Shown: positions 34,455-44,908, counted from the stretch's first letter. The stretch: DNA of 64,000 nucleotides from Pseudomonadota bacterium (GCA_021324535.1 JAJPIU010000192.1:82-64081); one strand, 5' to 3'. A program made the numbers and translations. Notes: a model not told the origin generated them from the sequence alone.

Positions 34455-36347
34455 GTGGCCAAAGTCATCGGCATTGACCTGGGGACGACCAACAGTTGTG
34501 TGGCCGTCATGGAGGGGGGCGAACCGGTCGTCATCCCCAATTCGGAAGGCAGCCGCACCACGCCGTCAGTGGTGGCATTCACCAAGAATGGCGAGCGATT
34601 GGTGGGCGAGGTCGCCAAGCGCCAGGCCATCACCAACTCGGAAAATACCGTCTTCTCGATTAAACGATTCATGGGCCGCAAGTATGACGATCCCGAGGTG
34701 GATCGCGACCGCCGCTTGGTTCCCTACAAGGTGGTGCGCGCGGCCAACGGCGACGCCTGGGTCGAGGTGATGGGCAAACAATACAGCCCGCCGGAAATCT
34801 CCGCGATGATCTTGCAGAAGCTCAAGGCTGATGCAGAAGCCTACCTGGGTGAATCTGTCACCGAGGCGGTCATCACCGTACCCGCTTACTTCAACGACGC
34901 TCAGCGCCAGGCCACCAAAGACGCCGGACAGATCGCGGGCCTGAAGGTGTTGCGCATCATCAACGAGCCAACCGCCGCCTCGCTGGCCTATGGCCTGGAC
35001 AAGAAGAAGGAAGAGCTGATCGCCGTCTATGACCTGGGCGGTGGCACATTTGATATTTCGCTGCTCGATCTGGGCGAAGGCGTCTTCGAGGTGAAGGCGA
35101 CCAACGGCGATACACATCTGGGCGGCGATGATTTCGACCAGCGCATCATCAACTGGCTGGCTGACGAGTTCCGCCGCGAACAGGGCATTGACCTGCGCCA
35201 GGACAAGATGGCGCTGCAACGCTTGAAGGAAGCTGCCGAGAAGGCAAAGAAAGAACTCTCGTCCTCGATGCAGACGGAGATCAACCTGCCGTTCATCACC
35301 GCCGACCAGAGCGGGCCAAAGCACCTGGCCGTCACGCTGACGCGCGCCAAACTGGAGCAACTGGTGGACGACTTGGTGGAGAAAACTCGTGAGCCGGTGA
35401 TCCGTGCGCTCAACGACGCGCAGATCAAGCCATCACAGGTCAACGAGGTGGTGCTGGTGGGCGGCATGACCCGCATGCCTGCCGTCCAGGCGGTGGTCAG
35501 GCGCATCTTTGACAAAGATCCCAACAAGGGCGTCAACCCAGATGAGGTGGTTGCCGTCGGCGCCGCCGTGCAGGCAGGCGTCTTGAAGGGCGATATTCGG
35601 GATGTGCTGCTGCTGGATGTCACCCCGCTTTCGCTTGGCATCGAGACGATGGGTGGCGTCTTCACCCGGCTGATCGAGCGCAACACGACGATCCCGACGC
35701 AAAAGAGCCAGACCTTCTCCACCGCGAGCGACGGTCAGACCAGCGTGGAGATCAACGTCTTACAGGGCGAGCGCGACTTCGCCCGCGACAATCGCTCGCT
35801 GGGCCGCTTCATCCTGGATGGCATTCCGCCCGCCCCGCGCGGCATCCCTCAGATCGAGGTCTCGTTTGATATTGATGCGAACGGCATTGTGAGCGTGCGC
35901 GCGCACGACAAAGGCACGGGCCGCGAACAGCGCATCACCATCCAGCCGTCGAGCGGCCTTTCCAAAGACCAGATCGACCGCATGGTGAAGGACGCTGAGG
36001 CCCACGCCGAGGAGGACAAGCGCCGCCGCGACGAGGTAGAGGTGCGCAACGAGGCCGACAACGCCGCCTACACCGCTGAGAAGACCCTACGCGACCTTGG
36101 CGATAAGGTCTCGCCAAGCGTCAAGAGCGATGTGGAAAGCAAGATCGGCGATGTGCGCGCCGCGCTGGCGACCGACGATGTGGAGCGCATCCGCTCGGCG
36201 CGCGAGGCGCTGCAACAAGCGATCTTCAAGGTCAGCGAAGAGCTGTATAGCGCGGCGGGCGCTGCAACCGGTGGCGATACCACAGGCGACACCGGCCCAT
36301 CGCCTGAGGACAACACCGTTGAGGGCGACTTCAGGGCAGCCGAGTAG
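34455..36347 (+). CDS. dnaK: molecular chaperone DnaK (Hsp70)
   Basis: [23 protein letters not shown] and [10 protein letters not shown] signatures. GTG start. Confidence 0.98.
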   Translation: MAKVIGIDLGTTNSCVAVMEGGEPVVIPNSEGSRTTPSVVAFTKNGERLVGEVAKRQAITNSENTVFSIKRFMGRKYDDPEVDRDRRLVPYKVVRAANGDAWVEVMGKQYSPPEISAMILQKLKADAEAYLGESVTEAVITVPAYFNDAQRQATKDAGQIAGLKVLRIINEPTAASLAYGLDKKKEELIAVYDLGGGTFDISLLDLGEGVFEVKATNGDTHLGGDDFDQRIINWLADEFRREQGIDLRQDKMALQRLKEAAEKAKKELSSSMQTEINLPFITADQSGPKHLAVTLTRAKLEQLVDDLVEKTREPVIRALNDAQIKPSQVNEVVLVGGMTRMPAVQAVVRRIFDKDPNKGVNPDEVVAVGAAVQAGVLKGDIRDVLLLDVTPLSLGIETMGGVFTRLIERNTTIPTQKSQTFSTASDGQTSVEINVLQGERDFARDNRSLGRFILDGIPPAPRGIPQIEVSFDIDANGIVSVRAHDKGTGREQRITIQPSSGLSKDQIDRMVKDAEAHAEEDKRRRDEVEVRNEADNAAYTAEKTLRDLGDKVSPSVKSDVESKIGDVRAALATDDVERIRSAREALQQAIFKVSEELYSAAGAATGGDTTGDTGPSPEDNTVEGDFRAAE

Positions 36348-36586
36348 CTGGGCCACACCAACATGGACGCGCAGGGCACTAATGTCCTGTAGCGTCCATT
36401 GGCGCTTGCCCTATGGGCCATCGCTTCCGCTCACTCGCATGTTCGCACCTGGTCAAACCAATCGCTAGATATGCTTTACCTGCGACGAGACGATGGTCAT
36501 AGGGCTGGCGCTTTCATGCTATACTGAGAGCGAATAGAGTGCTATCATTCATGCCATCTACACGCTAGCAACTGAAGAGGAAACCA

Positions 36587-37717
36587 ATGGCCGCCAAACG
36601 AGATTATTACGAAGTGCTGGGGGTTACCCGCAACGCCTCAGAGGACGAGATCAAAAAGGCGTTTCGCCGTTTGGCCCGCCAGTATCACCCGGACGTGAAC
36701 AAAGAAAAAGGCGCGGAGGCGCGCTTCAAGGAGATCAACGAGGCGTATGAGGTGCTGGGCGACGCCCAGAAACGCGCGGCGTATGATCGATTTGGTCATG
36801 CCGCGACGCAAGGCATGGGCGCAGGAGCCGGAAACCCCTTCGAGGGCTTCGGCTTTGGCAGCGTCAACGACATCTTCGAGCAACTGTTCAACACAGCCAC
36901 CGCATCGAGCCGCCGTACCGGTTCGATGCGCGGCCAAGACCTGCGCTACGAACTGACTATCTCGTTCGAAGAGGCTGTGCGCGGCTGCCAGAAGGAGATC
37001 GAAATTCCCCGCTGGGAGACCTGCGCCACCTGCCGTGGCAGCGGCTCGCAGCCGGGCGCCTCCACCTCGATCTGCCCCAACTGCAAAGGAACCGGTGAGA
37101 TTCGCCGTGTGCAACAGTCCATCTTCGGGCAGTTCGTCAACGTGATGGTCTGTGATCGCTGCCGGGGTGAGGGGCATATCATCACGACGCCCTGCGAACG
37201 GTGCCACGGCCAGGGGCGTGTGCGCAATGTGCGGCGCGTCACCGTCAACATTCCCGCCGGAGTGGATGACGGCATCAATGTCCGCGTGACCGGCGAAGGC
37301 GAGGCGCCGCCGCGTGGTGGCACACCGGGCAACCTCTATGTGGCGCTGACCGTCAAGCCGCACGAATACTTCAAGCGGCAGGGCAACGACATTACCTACG
37401 AGCTACCCATCAGCTTCGCCGAGGCGGCGCTTGGCGCCGAGGTGGAGGCGCCCACGCTGGATGGCAAGGAAAAACTCAAGATTCCCGCTGGCACCCAGAG
37501 CGGGCGCGTCTTCCGCATCAAGGGACAGGGCGTGCCGGTCATCCATAGCACGGCGCGCGGCGACGAGCTAGTGATCGTAAAGGTCGTCACGCCCCAATCA
37601 CTGACCCCACGCCAGAAAGAATTGCTCCGCGAGTTCGCCGAGATCGAACGCCAACAGAACGAGCGCGGCCAGGCCAACCTCTTTGATAAGATCAAAGACG
37701 CCTTCCTCAGCGACTAG
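36587..37717 (+). CDS. dnaJ: molecular chaperone DnaJ
   Basis: J-domain with HPD (YHPDVN), a Gly/Phe region, and four CxxCxGxG zinc-finger repeats. Confidence 0.97.
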   Translation: MAAKRDYYEVLGVTRNASEDEIKKAFRRLARQYHPDVNKEKGAEARFKEINEAYEVLGDAQKRAAYDRFGHAATQGMGAGAGNPFEGFGFGSVNDIFEQLFNTATASSRRTGSMRGQDLRYELTISFEEAVRGCQKEIEIPRWETCATCRGSGSQPGASTSICPNCKGTGEIRRVQQSIFGQFVNVMVCDRCRGEGHIITTPCERCHGQGRVRNVRRVTVNIPAGVDDGINVRVTGEGEAPPRGGTPGNLYVALTVKPHEYFKRQGNDITYELPISFAEAALGAEVEAPTLDGKEKLKIPAGTQSGRVFRIKGQGVPVIHSTARGDELVIVKVVTPQSLTPRQKELLREFAEIERQQNERGQANLFDKIKDAFLSD

Positions 37718-37729
37718 CGGTTTTGGAGA

Positions 37730-38296
37730 CTAGCGCCGCGCCACCTGCGCCGGCCTTTGTTTCGTTCCCCCCAACAAGGGCTTATCCCATGCTTTGGGCA
37801 GCGGGATGGCGCCGAGCACAAGCGCCACCACCAGCACAATCACAATGCTGCCTGCCACGTCGAGCGTATGGTGCGCCGCGATGCCCAGCCGCGCCAGCGC
37901 CACAAGGAGAGTTCCTGCCGCGAAGTAGGGGATGAAGCGACGGCGCAACCACCAGAGGCTTGTCGCCAGGAAAGCCGCCAGCAGTGTATGGTCGGAAGGG
38001 AAGCCATTATCGGTTGAAACTGGGACAAGCGTGTGGTTCAGATGCTCAACGAGGTATGGGCGTGGATCGATGATGATCTGTGTCAGAACCAATGAGAGCA
38101 CAAACGAGATACCGGCCAGAAGTACCGTGCGAATCAGCGCGTTCAGCGTGATGGTTCGATACTTCACCACAATGACGATCAACCAGGCCACCACCAACAC
38201 GTAGACGAGATACTCCGCGCAGAAGATCGTGATGTCGGCGGTGATGGTATTTTGCGTGGCGAACGATTGCATCGCCTGTTGGAGGACATCTGGCAT
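37730..38296 (-). CDS. PAP2-family phosphatase (membrane)
   Basis: PSDH and ..HHTLDV.. acid-phosphatase motifs embedded in about 5 TM helices. Confidence 0.7.
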   Translation of the reverse strand: MPDVLQQAMQSFATQNTITADITIFCAEYLVYVLVVAWLIVIVVKYRTITLNALIRTVLLAGISFVLSLVLTQIIIDPRPYLVEHLNHTLVPVSTDNGFPSDHTLLAAFLATSLWWLRRRFIPYFAAGTLLVALARLGIAAHHTLDVAGSIVIVLVVALVLGAIPLPKAWDKPLLGGTKQRPAQVARR

Positions 38297-38313
38297 AGTC
38301 GCTTTCTCTCCCT

Positions 38314-38346
38314 TAGAAACATGCTAGAAACATGCTAGAAACATGG
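38314..38346. repeat. 11-bp tandem repeat (TAGAAACATGC) x3
   Basis: Units at 38314, 38325 and 38336; the last base of unit 3 differs. It starts 18 nt upstream of the PAP2 start codon. Confidence 0.9.
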
Positions 38347-38542
38347 CCGTACATATGGCTTAACGTGTTCTTAACATTACGGCCACATGGACTGCGACGT
38401 TTCAGAGAGGGAAATGAGGCGAGGAGCTACCCCAAAATACCTAAACGCAACGTGGATATGTTTACCAGACACAGCGGATCATCTGCCAAAGGCTCTGGGT
38501 TTTTGCACCTTTCGGGGCGTCTCATACGTATACCTGATGGGC

Positions 38543-38564
38543 GATCAAGATAAGATCAAGATAA
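38543..38564. repeat. 11-bp tandem duplication (GATCAAGATAA) x2
   Basis: Perfect units at 38543-38553 and 38554-38564, within the AT-richer 0.56-kb spacer upstream of ftsH. Confidence 0.9.
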
Positions 38565-38854
38565 TAGTTAGGACAGAGATGGTAGAGACTTGCGACCTTC
38601 TGGCCGCCAGGATGCTCTCTATCCCTCGATGGTTCTGCCGCCCTATAATACCAACACGGAGTGTTCTGGCATACGCAACCGCTAGAAGCAGTAGCAGGTA
38701 GCCTCCACAGTACGGCATTCGGCATGGCGCCAGGCGTTTGCTCTGGCATACCTGCTTTACCTACCCTACCGGCAGACAGGCGAGTTACACATTTTGACGA
38801 TACAACGCCAGCATAACCTTGATGATCAACTCCAAAGAAAGTGAGGGCGAGCGA

Positions 38855-41044
38855 ATGGTTCGTCGAACATCGCTCCCGATGCAGCAGGAGGCTCCACGGC
38901 GAGGATTCTTCACGCGCTTGTGGATGAGCAATCCCAATCAGCCGCAGGCGCCTCTTGGCCCCAACACCCCTGGCCCCAACGGCCCGAACGGGTTGAATGG
39001 GCCAAACGGCAACCGCCCACGTCCAAGCAACAGCCTCGGCTGGATTTCTCGCATCCTGCTGTTGGTGTTGCTTGTGGTCATTGGCTATAACATCTATACC
39101 TGGCTGGCTGGCCCTGCGCAGAATGGCCCAGTCATCCAGATGGCATATAGCGATTTTGTCTACTATGTGGATAACGGCCAGGTCTCTGTCGTCACCATCC
39201 AGGACGATGGCAACATCAGCGGCCAACTGTTGCATCCGGTCAAGTACGATCAGCAAGACGGCACAGTTGTCACATCCGATAAGTTCCAGACGTTCAACGT
39301 AACCTCGAACGAGACACCCCTCATCAACGAACTTCGCGCGCATGGTGTCAAGATTTACCAGAAACAGGCAAGCTCCAGCGACTTCTGGTTTGGCTTGCTC
39401 TTCAATGTTGGCATTGTTGTGCTGCTGGTCATCATGCTGCTGTGGCTCTCGCGCCGCGCCACCCAGAGCCAGCAAAACATCTTCAACTTCGGTCGCAGCC
39501 GCGCCAAGCTGATCATGGAGGATCGCCCAAGCACCACCTTCGCCGATGTGGCGGGTGTTGACGAGGCCAAGTCCGAACTCGAAGAGGTGGTCGAGTTCCT
39601 CAAGACCCCCGGCAAGTTCCAGCGGCTCGGCGGCAAGATTCCAAAGGGCGTCCTGCTGGTTGGCCCTCCGGGAACCGGTAAGACGTTGCTTGCCCGCGCA
39701 GTCGCCGGTGAGGCAGGCGTACCCTTCTTCTCGATGTCCGGTTCGGAGTTTGTCGAGGTGTTGGTGGGTGTTGGCGCCAGCCGCGTGCGCGACCTCTTCG
39801 AGCAAGCCAAGAAAGCGGCGCCAAGCATCATCTTCATTGACGAAATTGACGCGGTAGGCCGCCAGCGAGGCACCAGCCTGACCACCAACGACGAACGTGA
39901 GCAGACGCTCAACCAGTTGCTCGTCGAGATGGACGGCTTCGACACGCGCCAGGCCGTCGTGGTCATCGCCGCGACAAACCGCCCAGATAACCTGGATCAG
40001 GCGCTGCTCCGCCCAGGCCGCTTCGACCGCCGCGTGACGGTGGATCGCCCGGACTGGAAGGGCCGCCAGGCGATCCTGATGATCCATTCGCGTGGGGTGC
40101 CGATGACGCCCGATGTGGACTTGCAGGCGCTTGCCCGCATGACCACCGGCATGGTGGGCGCCGACCTGGCTAACCTGGTGAACGAGGCCGCCTTGCTTGC
40201 GGCGCGCCGCAACCTGGATCGCGTGAATATGCGCTGCTTCCTCGATGCGCTTGACCGTATCCAGCTTGGCGCCGAGCGTCCGCTGGTGCTGAGCGAGGAA
40301 GACTTGCGCGTGGTGGCGATTCACGAGGCCGGGCATACACTGGTTGGCCTGCTCACTCCACACTCCGATCCGGTGACGAAGGTGACGATTGTGCCGCGCG
40401 GCCAGGCGCTCGGCGTGACGCAATACACACCGCTCGACGACCGCTACAACTACTCGCGCGCATACCTCTACGGGCGTATCATGACGGCGCTCGGCGGACG
40501 CGCGGCTGAGGATGTGATGCTGGGTAGCATCACCACAGGCGCAGAGAACGACCTGCAACAGGTGACGCTGATCGCCCGCAATATGATTGCCCGCTGGGGC
40601 ATGAGTTCGCGCGTCGGTCTGGTCTCCTTCAGCGACCGCCCCAGCCCCTTCGGTGGCAGCGGCGAGTTTGGCCAGAAGGACTACAGTGAGGCGACTGCGG
40701 CCATCATAGACGAAGAGACGCATGATCTCGTAGATACCGCCTACAAACAGGTGAAGGAGATGCTCACCGAGCATAAGGTGACGCTCGAACGCATCGCGAC
40801 GGAGCTGCGCCGCCATGAGACGCTCGACGCGAAGCAGCTTGGGCAGATTCTCATCGAGACGGGCGTCAGCCTGACGGAAGTCTCGCCGACGCCAGGGGCA
40901 GAGACGGCGACCACTCCGGCAAACATAGAGATTCCCAAGAGCATCGCGGCTCCTGAACTCTCCGGTCTGCCAGGCGCCGATGGCGGCCAGACGTTCATCC
41001 CTGAGATTCCTGGCGCAACACAGCCCACGCCGCCACAGAGCTAA
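38855..41044 (+). CDS. ftsH: ATP-dependent zinc metalloprotease FtsH
   Basis: Walker A GPPGTGKT, Walker [12 protein letters not shown], and the zinc motif HEAGH. ATG 38855 with GAGGG SD is preferred; the ORF is open from 38819. The N-terminal tail carries (GPN)-type repeats. Confidence 0.95.
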   Translation: MVRRTSLPMQQEAPRRGFFTRLWMSNPNQPQAPLGPNTPGPNGPNGLNGPNGNRPRPSNSLGWISRILLLVLLVVIGYNIYTWLAGPAQNGPVIQMAYSDFVYYVDNGQVSVVTIQDDGNISGQLLHPVKYDQQDGTVVTSDKFQTFNVTSNETPLINELRAHGVKIYQKQASSSDFWFGLLFNVGIVVLLVIMLLWLSRRATQSQQNIFNFGRSRAKLIMEDRPSTTFADVAGVDEAKSELEEVVEFLKTPGKFQRLGGKIPKGVLLVGPPGTGKTLLARAVAGEAGVPFFSMSGSEFVEVLVGVGASRVRDLFEQAKKAAPSIIFIDEIDAVGRQRGTSLTTNDEREQTLNQLLVEMDGFDTRQAVVVIAATNRPDNLDQALLRPGRFDRRVTVDRPDWKGRQAILMIHSRGVPMTPDVDLQALARMTTGMVGADLANLVNEAALLAARRNLDRVNMRCFLDALDRIQLGAERPLVLSEEDLRVVAIHEAGHTLVGLLTPHSDPVTKVTIVPRGQALGVTQYTPLDDRYNYSRAYLYGRIMTALGGRAAEDVMLGSITTGAENDLQQVTLIARNMIARWGMSSRVGLVSFSDRPSPFGGSGEFGQKDYSEATAAIIDEETHDLVDTAYKQVKEMLTEHKVTLERIATELRRHETLDAKQLGQILIETGVSLTEVSPTPGAETATTPANIEIPKSIAAPELSGLPGADGGQTFIPEIPGATQPTPPQS

Positions 41045-41075
41045 GGCGGGATTTACCTAACTTGCCTAACCCCAA

Positions 41076-41109
41076 CCCCTTCCCATCTATGGGAAGGGGG
41101 CTTTTTTTT
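41076..41109 (+). terminator. rho-independent terminator of ftsH (hairpin module copy 2)
   Basis: CCCCTTCCC-ATCTAT-GGGAAGGGG is a perfect 9-bp stem (41076-41084 / 41091-41099) followed by T8 (41102-41109). Confidence 0.85.
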
Positions 41110-41215
41110 GCGCGTAGTGGCAGTTTGCCGTGGCGTGGACGATATGTGAGAATATCAGCAGTAGAGAAAGTGAGGGCGCCATATACAATCCAATCTTACT
41201 GCTCCCTGGGCTGAA

Positions 41216-41600
41216 GTGGTATTCGATGCTCCCTATCCTATGAACGCAACGGAGTTTGCGCGCCTCCCTGAGAGCGATGTGCGCTATGAGCTTGTCGAGG
41301 GGAGGCTTGTCAGGATGAGCGGGTCAGGCAATGAGGCAACATCAATTGCGGCGTTTCTCATTGCGGCGCTGGTGGCCTTCGTCCGACCCAAGAGGCTAGG
41401 CCGAGTGTCAAGCTCGGATGATAGCTTCAACCTGACGCGCCCCAGCGATACAGCCGAGACGATCCTGATGCCTGATGTCGCATTTGTGCGCGCTGGCAGC
41501 GAGTCCCCTGTGGCGACACTTCAAGCTACTGATATGCTGGATGGCCTTGATATTTTGCCAGGATTCACCTATCCAGGAGCCGCAACTTTTCGTCGAATAG
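41216..41600 (+). pseudogene. Uma2-family (DUF820) endonuclease relic with an internal deletion
   Basis: The N-terminal EFARLPESDVRYELVEGRLVRMS.. up to PDVAFVRAG is typical Uma2. It then jumps to the family's C-terminal end (..LDILPGFTYP..F). The catalytic E/K core is missing, and the frame runs on into the antisense of the next gene with no native stop. Confidence 0.5.
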
Positions 41601-41605
41601 CGCCA

Positions 41606-42946
41606 CTAGCCCAACAGCGCCGCCCGTGCCTCGCGCAGCCGTTGCGCGATGGCGGCTGGCTCCTCGCCATCCAGCGCCAATGTCTTCACCTCCGCCAATG
41701 TTTGCGCCCAGCGCCGCATATGCTCTTGATAGCGCGCGTCGCGCCCAAGCAACTCCTCGAAAATATGCAGTTCAAGCTCGCCGCGCGAGGAGCGATCCTG
41801 CCCGTCCGCATCGTCTTCGCCTTCCAACGGATCGTAGTCGGTGTCGCGGGTGGAGTTGCGCACTCGCGCCGTCAACGCCCTGAAGCGGCTCTTCGCGATC
41901 TCTTCAAGCCGCGATGCTTCCAGCGCCTCGCCAGCAAAGCTCAGCACGCCGGTTAGAGTAATGTCTACCACAGGCGCGCCGCCGGGCGGTTCGCGGTCGG
42001 ACGACATCCCATGCTTACGCGCCTCCATCGCACAGAACCGCTCGAAGTGCTCGTAGACCGCTGTCGGGTCGGGCAACCCATCCATCTGAAAGTTCATCCG
42101 CACAAACGGGCGGCGCGGATTGATGATATGCTCAGCAACCTGCTTCGGCTCACCCTCCGCCACATCCGTATTCACCCGCGTGACGAAATAGCCCCGCTCC
42201 CAGGCGCTTTCCTCCGCGCCCCAAGTCTCGGTTGAGCCGGGATTGAACAGCCAGTTGTCAATCACATAGCTCTTATGCACATGCCCCAGCGCGATATAGT
42301 CCACCAGCCCGCGCAACGGCTCGAACTGGGCGCGCGTGGGCAGGCCGTGCATCTGCGGGACGATACCTTCAACGCCAGTATGTAGCAGCAGCACGCGATA
42401 CGCCACCCCCTCTGTATCCTCTTCCGCGCGCCTCTCGGCCAGCGCCGCCGCGAAGTTTTCCATCACCCGCGCGGTGCTGGCGCCATACCACGGCAGGCCA
42501 TACACACGCAGTCGTGCGCCATTGGGCGCGACCACCGGATCGACATAGGCGCCCTTCATCGTCTCCCCTGACCACGGCGTGATGCCCAGGCGTCCATTCT
42601 GCCAGACAGGATCGAGCAATTGCAGCAACCCCTGCCAGCTCAAAAATTGCAGCCAGGAAATGCCGTCGCGATAGTAGCTGCGGTCATGGTTGCCCTCGAT
42701 GGCAATGGCCGGAATGCCAGCTGCCTTCAGGCGTTGCAGCGCCTCCTCAGCCTGGATGAGCGTCAGCGCGTCAATCGCGCGCTTATTGAAGAGATCGCCC
42801 GCGATCACGACAAAGTTGGCATGGCGGGCGATAGCGTCGTCAATGATGCCCAAAAACGCGCGGGCAAAGTCATTGAAGCGTTCCTTCAAACCATATTGCT
42901 CGTAGCCCAGGTGATTGTCTGCGGTATGGATAAATGTCACTTGCAT
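41606..42946 (-). CDS. SbcD/Mre11-family DNA repair exonuclease (calcineurin-like phosphoesterase)
   Basis: Motifs FIHTADNHLG, IAGDLF, GNHD, LLHTGV and ALGHVH are present. Start taken at MQVTFIHTADNHLG; the ORF is open to 43054. No SbcC/Rad50 gene is adjacent. Confidence 0.8.
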   Translation of the reverse strand: MQVTFIHTADNHLGYEQYGLKERFNDFARAFLGIIDDAIARHANFVVIAGDLFNKRAIDALTLIQAEEALQRLKAAGIPAIAIEGNHDRSYYRDGISWLQFLSWQGLLQLLDPVWQNGRLGITPWSGETMKGAYVDPVVAPNGARLRVYGLPWYGASTARVMENFAAALAERRAEEDTEGVAYRVLLLHTGVEGIVPQMHGLPTRAQFEPLRGLVDYIALGHVHKSYVIDNWLFNPGSTETWGAEESAWERGYFVTRVNTDVAEGEPKQVAEHIINPRRPFVRMNFQMDGLPDPTAVYEHFERFCAMEARKHGMSSDREPPGGAPVVDITLTGVLSFAGEALEASRLEEIAKSRFRALTARVRNSTRDTDYDPLEGEDDADGQDRSSRGELELHIFEELLGRDARYQEHMRRWAQTLAEVKTLALDGEEPAAIAQRLREARAALLG

Positions 42947-43102
42947 GAATATCGCCTTTTGAGGAGTGGTGATGAATCTTTCACCTAATTGATCCCACAA
43001 TCCATCCCAAAAGCGGAAATTGGCGCCTATGTCCTCCCCCATTGGTTCTATCATCTTGTTTACAACATGGTGGAGAGTGGCTAATCAACATAACAATGCG
43101 TT

Positions 43103-44908
43103 ATGTATAAAGCGGTGGGTACTATGGTTGGCTGTAGGTGGTCTACGGGGCGCATGAGGTCGGGCGGGGGAACACATATGGCGCACATGGCGAAGAACAG
43201 GCTTGCGTTGCGGGTGGCTGGCCTGCATAGAGGAAAAGACGCCCAGCTGGACGAAGCGAACGCGCGTCAACGTGAGGCGCCGCTGGCGCGCAGGCTACGT
43301 GCGCGCCGCTGGTATGCGCCCGCGATGACGCTTATCACACTGCTGGGCATGATCGCGCTGATCGCCGCAGCAAGCGCAGGCGCACGCGCCAACGCCGAAG
43401 TGGCAGCGCAACAGCGGCTCGCACAGGCGGCCCGCATGGGAAGCGCGCTGCTCACCACCAATGGCGCTACCTTGAGCGTTGATGACAACGATCAACTGGT
43501 CGCCACCAGTGCAAACTCGTCTATCATCCTCGCACATGACGCCAGCCTGATCAACCACCTCAGCGCGCTTACAGCCGCCACTGTCGCCATCTACCAGGCA
43601 AAGGGAGATAGGCTGGTTGCGGTCGCCGCCTCGGCAGGGTCTTCCGCCACGCGCGGAACATCGCTTGCCGATCCTGCACGCTCAACGTTGCTCAGGCGCC
43701 AGCAATTCACTGGCCAGGCTCAACTGGATGGACAAGCGTATGAGGTGAGCGCCGTTCCCCTCTTCGATCAGGCCAACCTCTTCGTCGGCGCAGTCGCTGT
43801 GGCGACGCCGCTGGCCGTGGTGATGCGGGCGCCCACCCAACTGACTGTTATGCTCTCGCTGGTTGGCTTACTGCTGACGCTACTGACGCTGGCGCTTGGC
43901 CTGTGGTTCGCGGGCGCCTTTGGCGGCCAGGCGCTTGCCACCCTCAATGTGCGACTCGCCACGCTTGGCGTCGCGGCGGCGCAGGTTGAGGAATCCATTG
44001 GCGCTCACGCCATTCGCGCGCAGCGCCAGGAACGTATTGGGCGACTGCTGGACGAAGACGCATACCAACTGGCGACGCTTGCCAGCGCGCTAGGCGAACA
44101 CCAGCGCGCCCTGCAAGAGGCGGTGAATAGCGTCTGGGCAAGTGTCTCGCAGCCAGGTGGCGCGCCTGACACCCAGAAGGTGCTCTGGCTGGTTCGCCAG
44201 ACGGCGGTAAACGCGGCGCGCCTGGGAGCCAGCGCTGAGGAGGCCGAAAGCCTCTGCCAGCAAATGACGCCGTTGCTCAACCGACTGATCGGCGAGGATC
44301 GCGCGCTGAGCGAGAGCGCGGCGACAACTCAGCGCCAGGCGAACACGCTGCGGCAGGCTGTTGAACAGGTGGAGATAACCGTAGGAGCCAACCTGACACC
44401 GCGCCACAACAGAGGAATTGTCAGCCTGATGGAGCGCGCACACGCCGTCTCACAACGACTGCGCCAGGGAACAGGCGCGCTGAGGGCTGGTCGTCCTGGC
44501 CGCCAGTCAGGGCGTTTGTCAGCCGAGCATGAACACTCCAGACGCCTGACGCCGCCAATCGCTGAGGGTAAGCGGCCAACCCCTGGCTTCAGCGGCATTG
44601 ACACAGCCCCGCTGAAGCGACCGTTTGGCGCTCCATCTCATCAGCCTCCACAGCCAAAGATGCGGCGAATGCCGTCGCCATCGCGCCCTTCGTCGTCATC
44701 ACCAGCGTCTCCTACGCCGCTTTCCTCCTGGCCACCATCTCCCAGGCCAGGTATTGGATCGTGGTCTTCGCCTAAGGATCCAAAGGCGCCGAATCCCCCC
44801 GATACACCACATACGTCCTCTTCCGGTTGGCGGCTGCGCAACCAGTTTGATGCGGCTGATAACACGTCCTCACATGAGGATGAGAGCGGCGATTGGCTGA
44901 ACGACTGA
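43103..44908 (+). CDS. membrane sensor-like protein: extracytoplasmic Cache-like domain, TM, coiled-coil, Pro/Ser-rich tail; no recognisable output domain
   Basis: TM1 (..LITLLGMIALIAAAS), a roughly 190-aa loop with ..AIYQAKGDRLVAVAA.. and ..YEVSAVPLFD..FVGAVAVATP (Cache-like strands), and TM2. A long heptad-rich region and a low-complexity C-terminus follow. The start is uncertain. Confidence 0.45.
   Translation: MYKAVGTMVGCRWSTGRMRSGGGTHMAHMAKNRLALRVAGLHRGKDAQLDEANARQREAPLARRLRARRWYAPAMTLITLLGMIALIAAASAGARANAEVAAQQRLAQAARMGSALLTTNGATLSVDDNDQLVATSANSSIILAHDASLINHLSALTAATVAIYQAKGDRLVAVAASAGSSATRGTSLADPARSTLLRRQQFTGQAQLDGQAYEVSAVPLFDQANLFVGAVAVATPLAVVMRAPTQLTVMLSLVGLLLTLLTLALGLWFAGAFGGQALATLNVRLATLGVAAAQVEESIGAHAIRAQRQERIGRLLDEDAYQLATLASALGEHQRALQEAVNSVWASVSQPGGAPDTQKVLWLVRQTAVNAARLGASAEEAESLCQQMTPLLNRLIGEDRALSESAATTQRQANTLRQAVEQVEITVGANLTPRHNRGIVSLMERAHAVSQRLRQGTGALRAGRPGRQSGRLSAEHEHSRRLTPPIAEGKRPTPGFSGIDTAPLKRPFGAPSHQPPQPKMRRMPSPSRPSSSSPASPTPLSSWPPSPRPGIGSWSSPKDPKAPNPPDTPHTSSSGWRLRNQFDAADNTSSHEDESGDWLND

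Noticed and set aside
34566-35722. Minus-strand ORFs of 264 aa and 231 aa inside dnaK.
   Set aside because: They are antisense shadows of the highly biased dnaK frame, with no motifs and a low-complexity Ser/Arg/Ala-rich translation.
36535-36565. GAGTGCTAT upstream of dnaJ, considered as a second CIRCE element.
   Set aside because: Only the right half-site is present. The sequence 9 nt upstream does not resemble TTAGCACTC. A TATACT -10-like hexamer nearby may mark an internal promoter, but support is weak.
38522-40816. A 764-aa ORF on the minus strand, the longest unexplained ORF in the track.
   Set aside because: It is exactly antisense to ftsH, whose motifs are unambiguous. Its product is Ala/Arg/Leu/His-rich with no motifs. 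This is the typical shadow ORF created by GC3 bias.
41601-41956. Continuation of the Uma2-like ORF to 41956, giving a 246-aa product.
   Set aside because: This part is antisense to the SbcD-like gene and shows no similarity to Uma2. It is interpreted as read-through after loss of the native stop.
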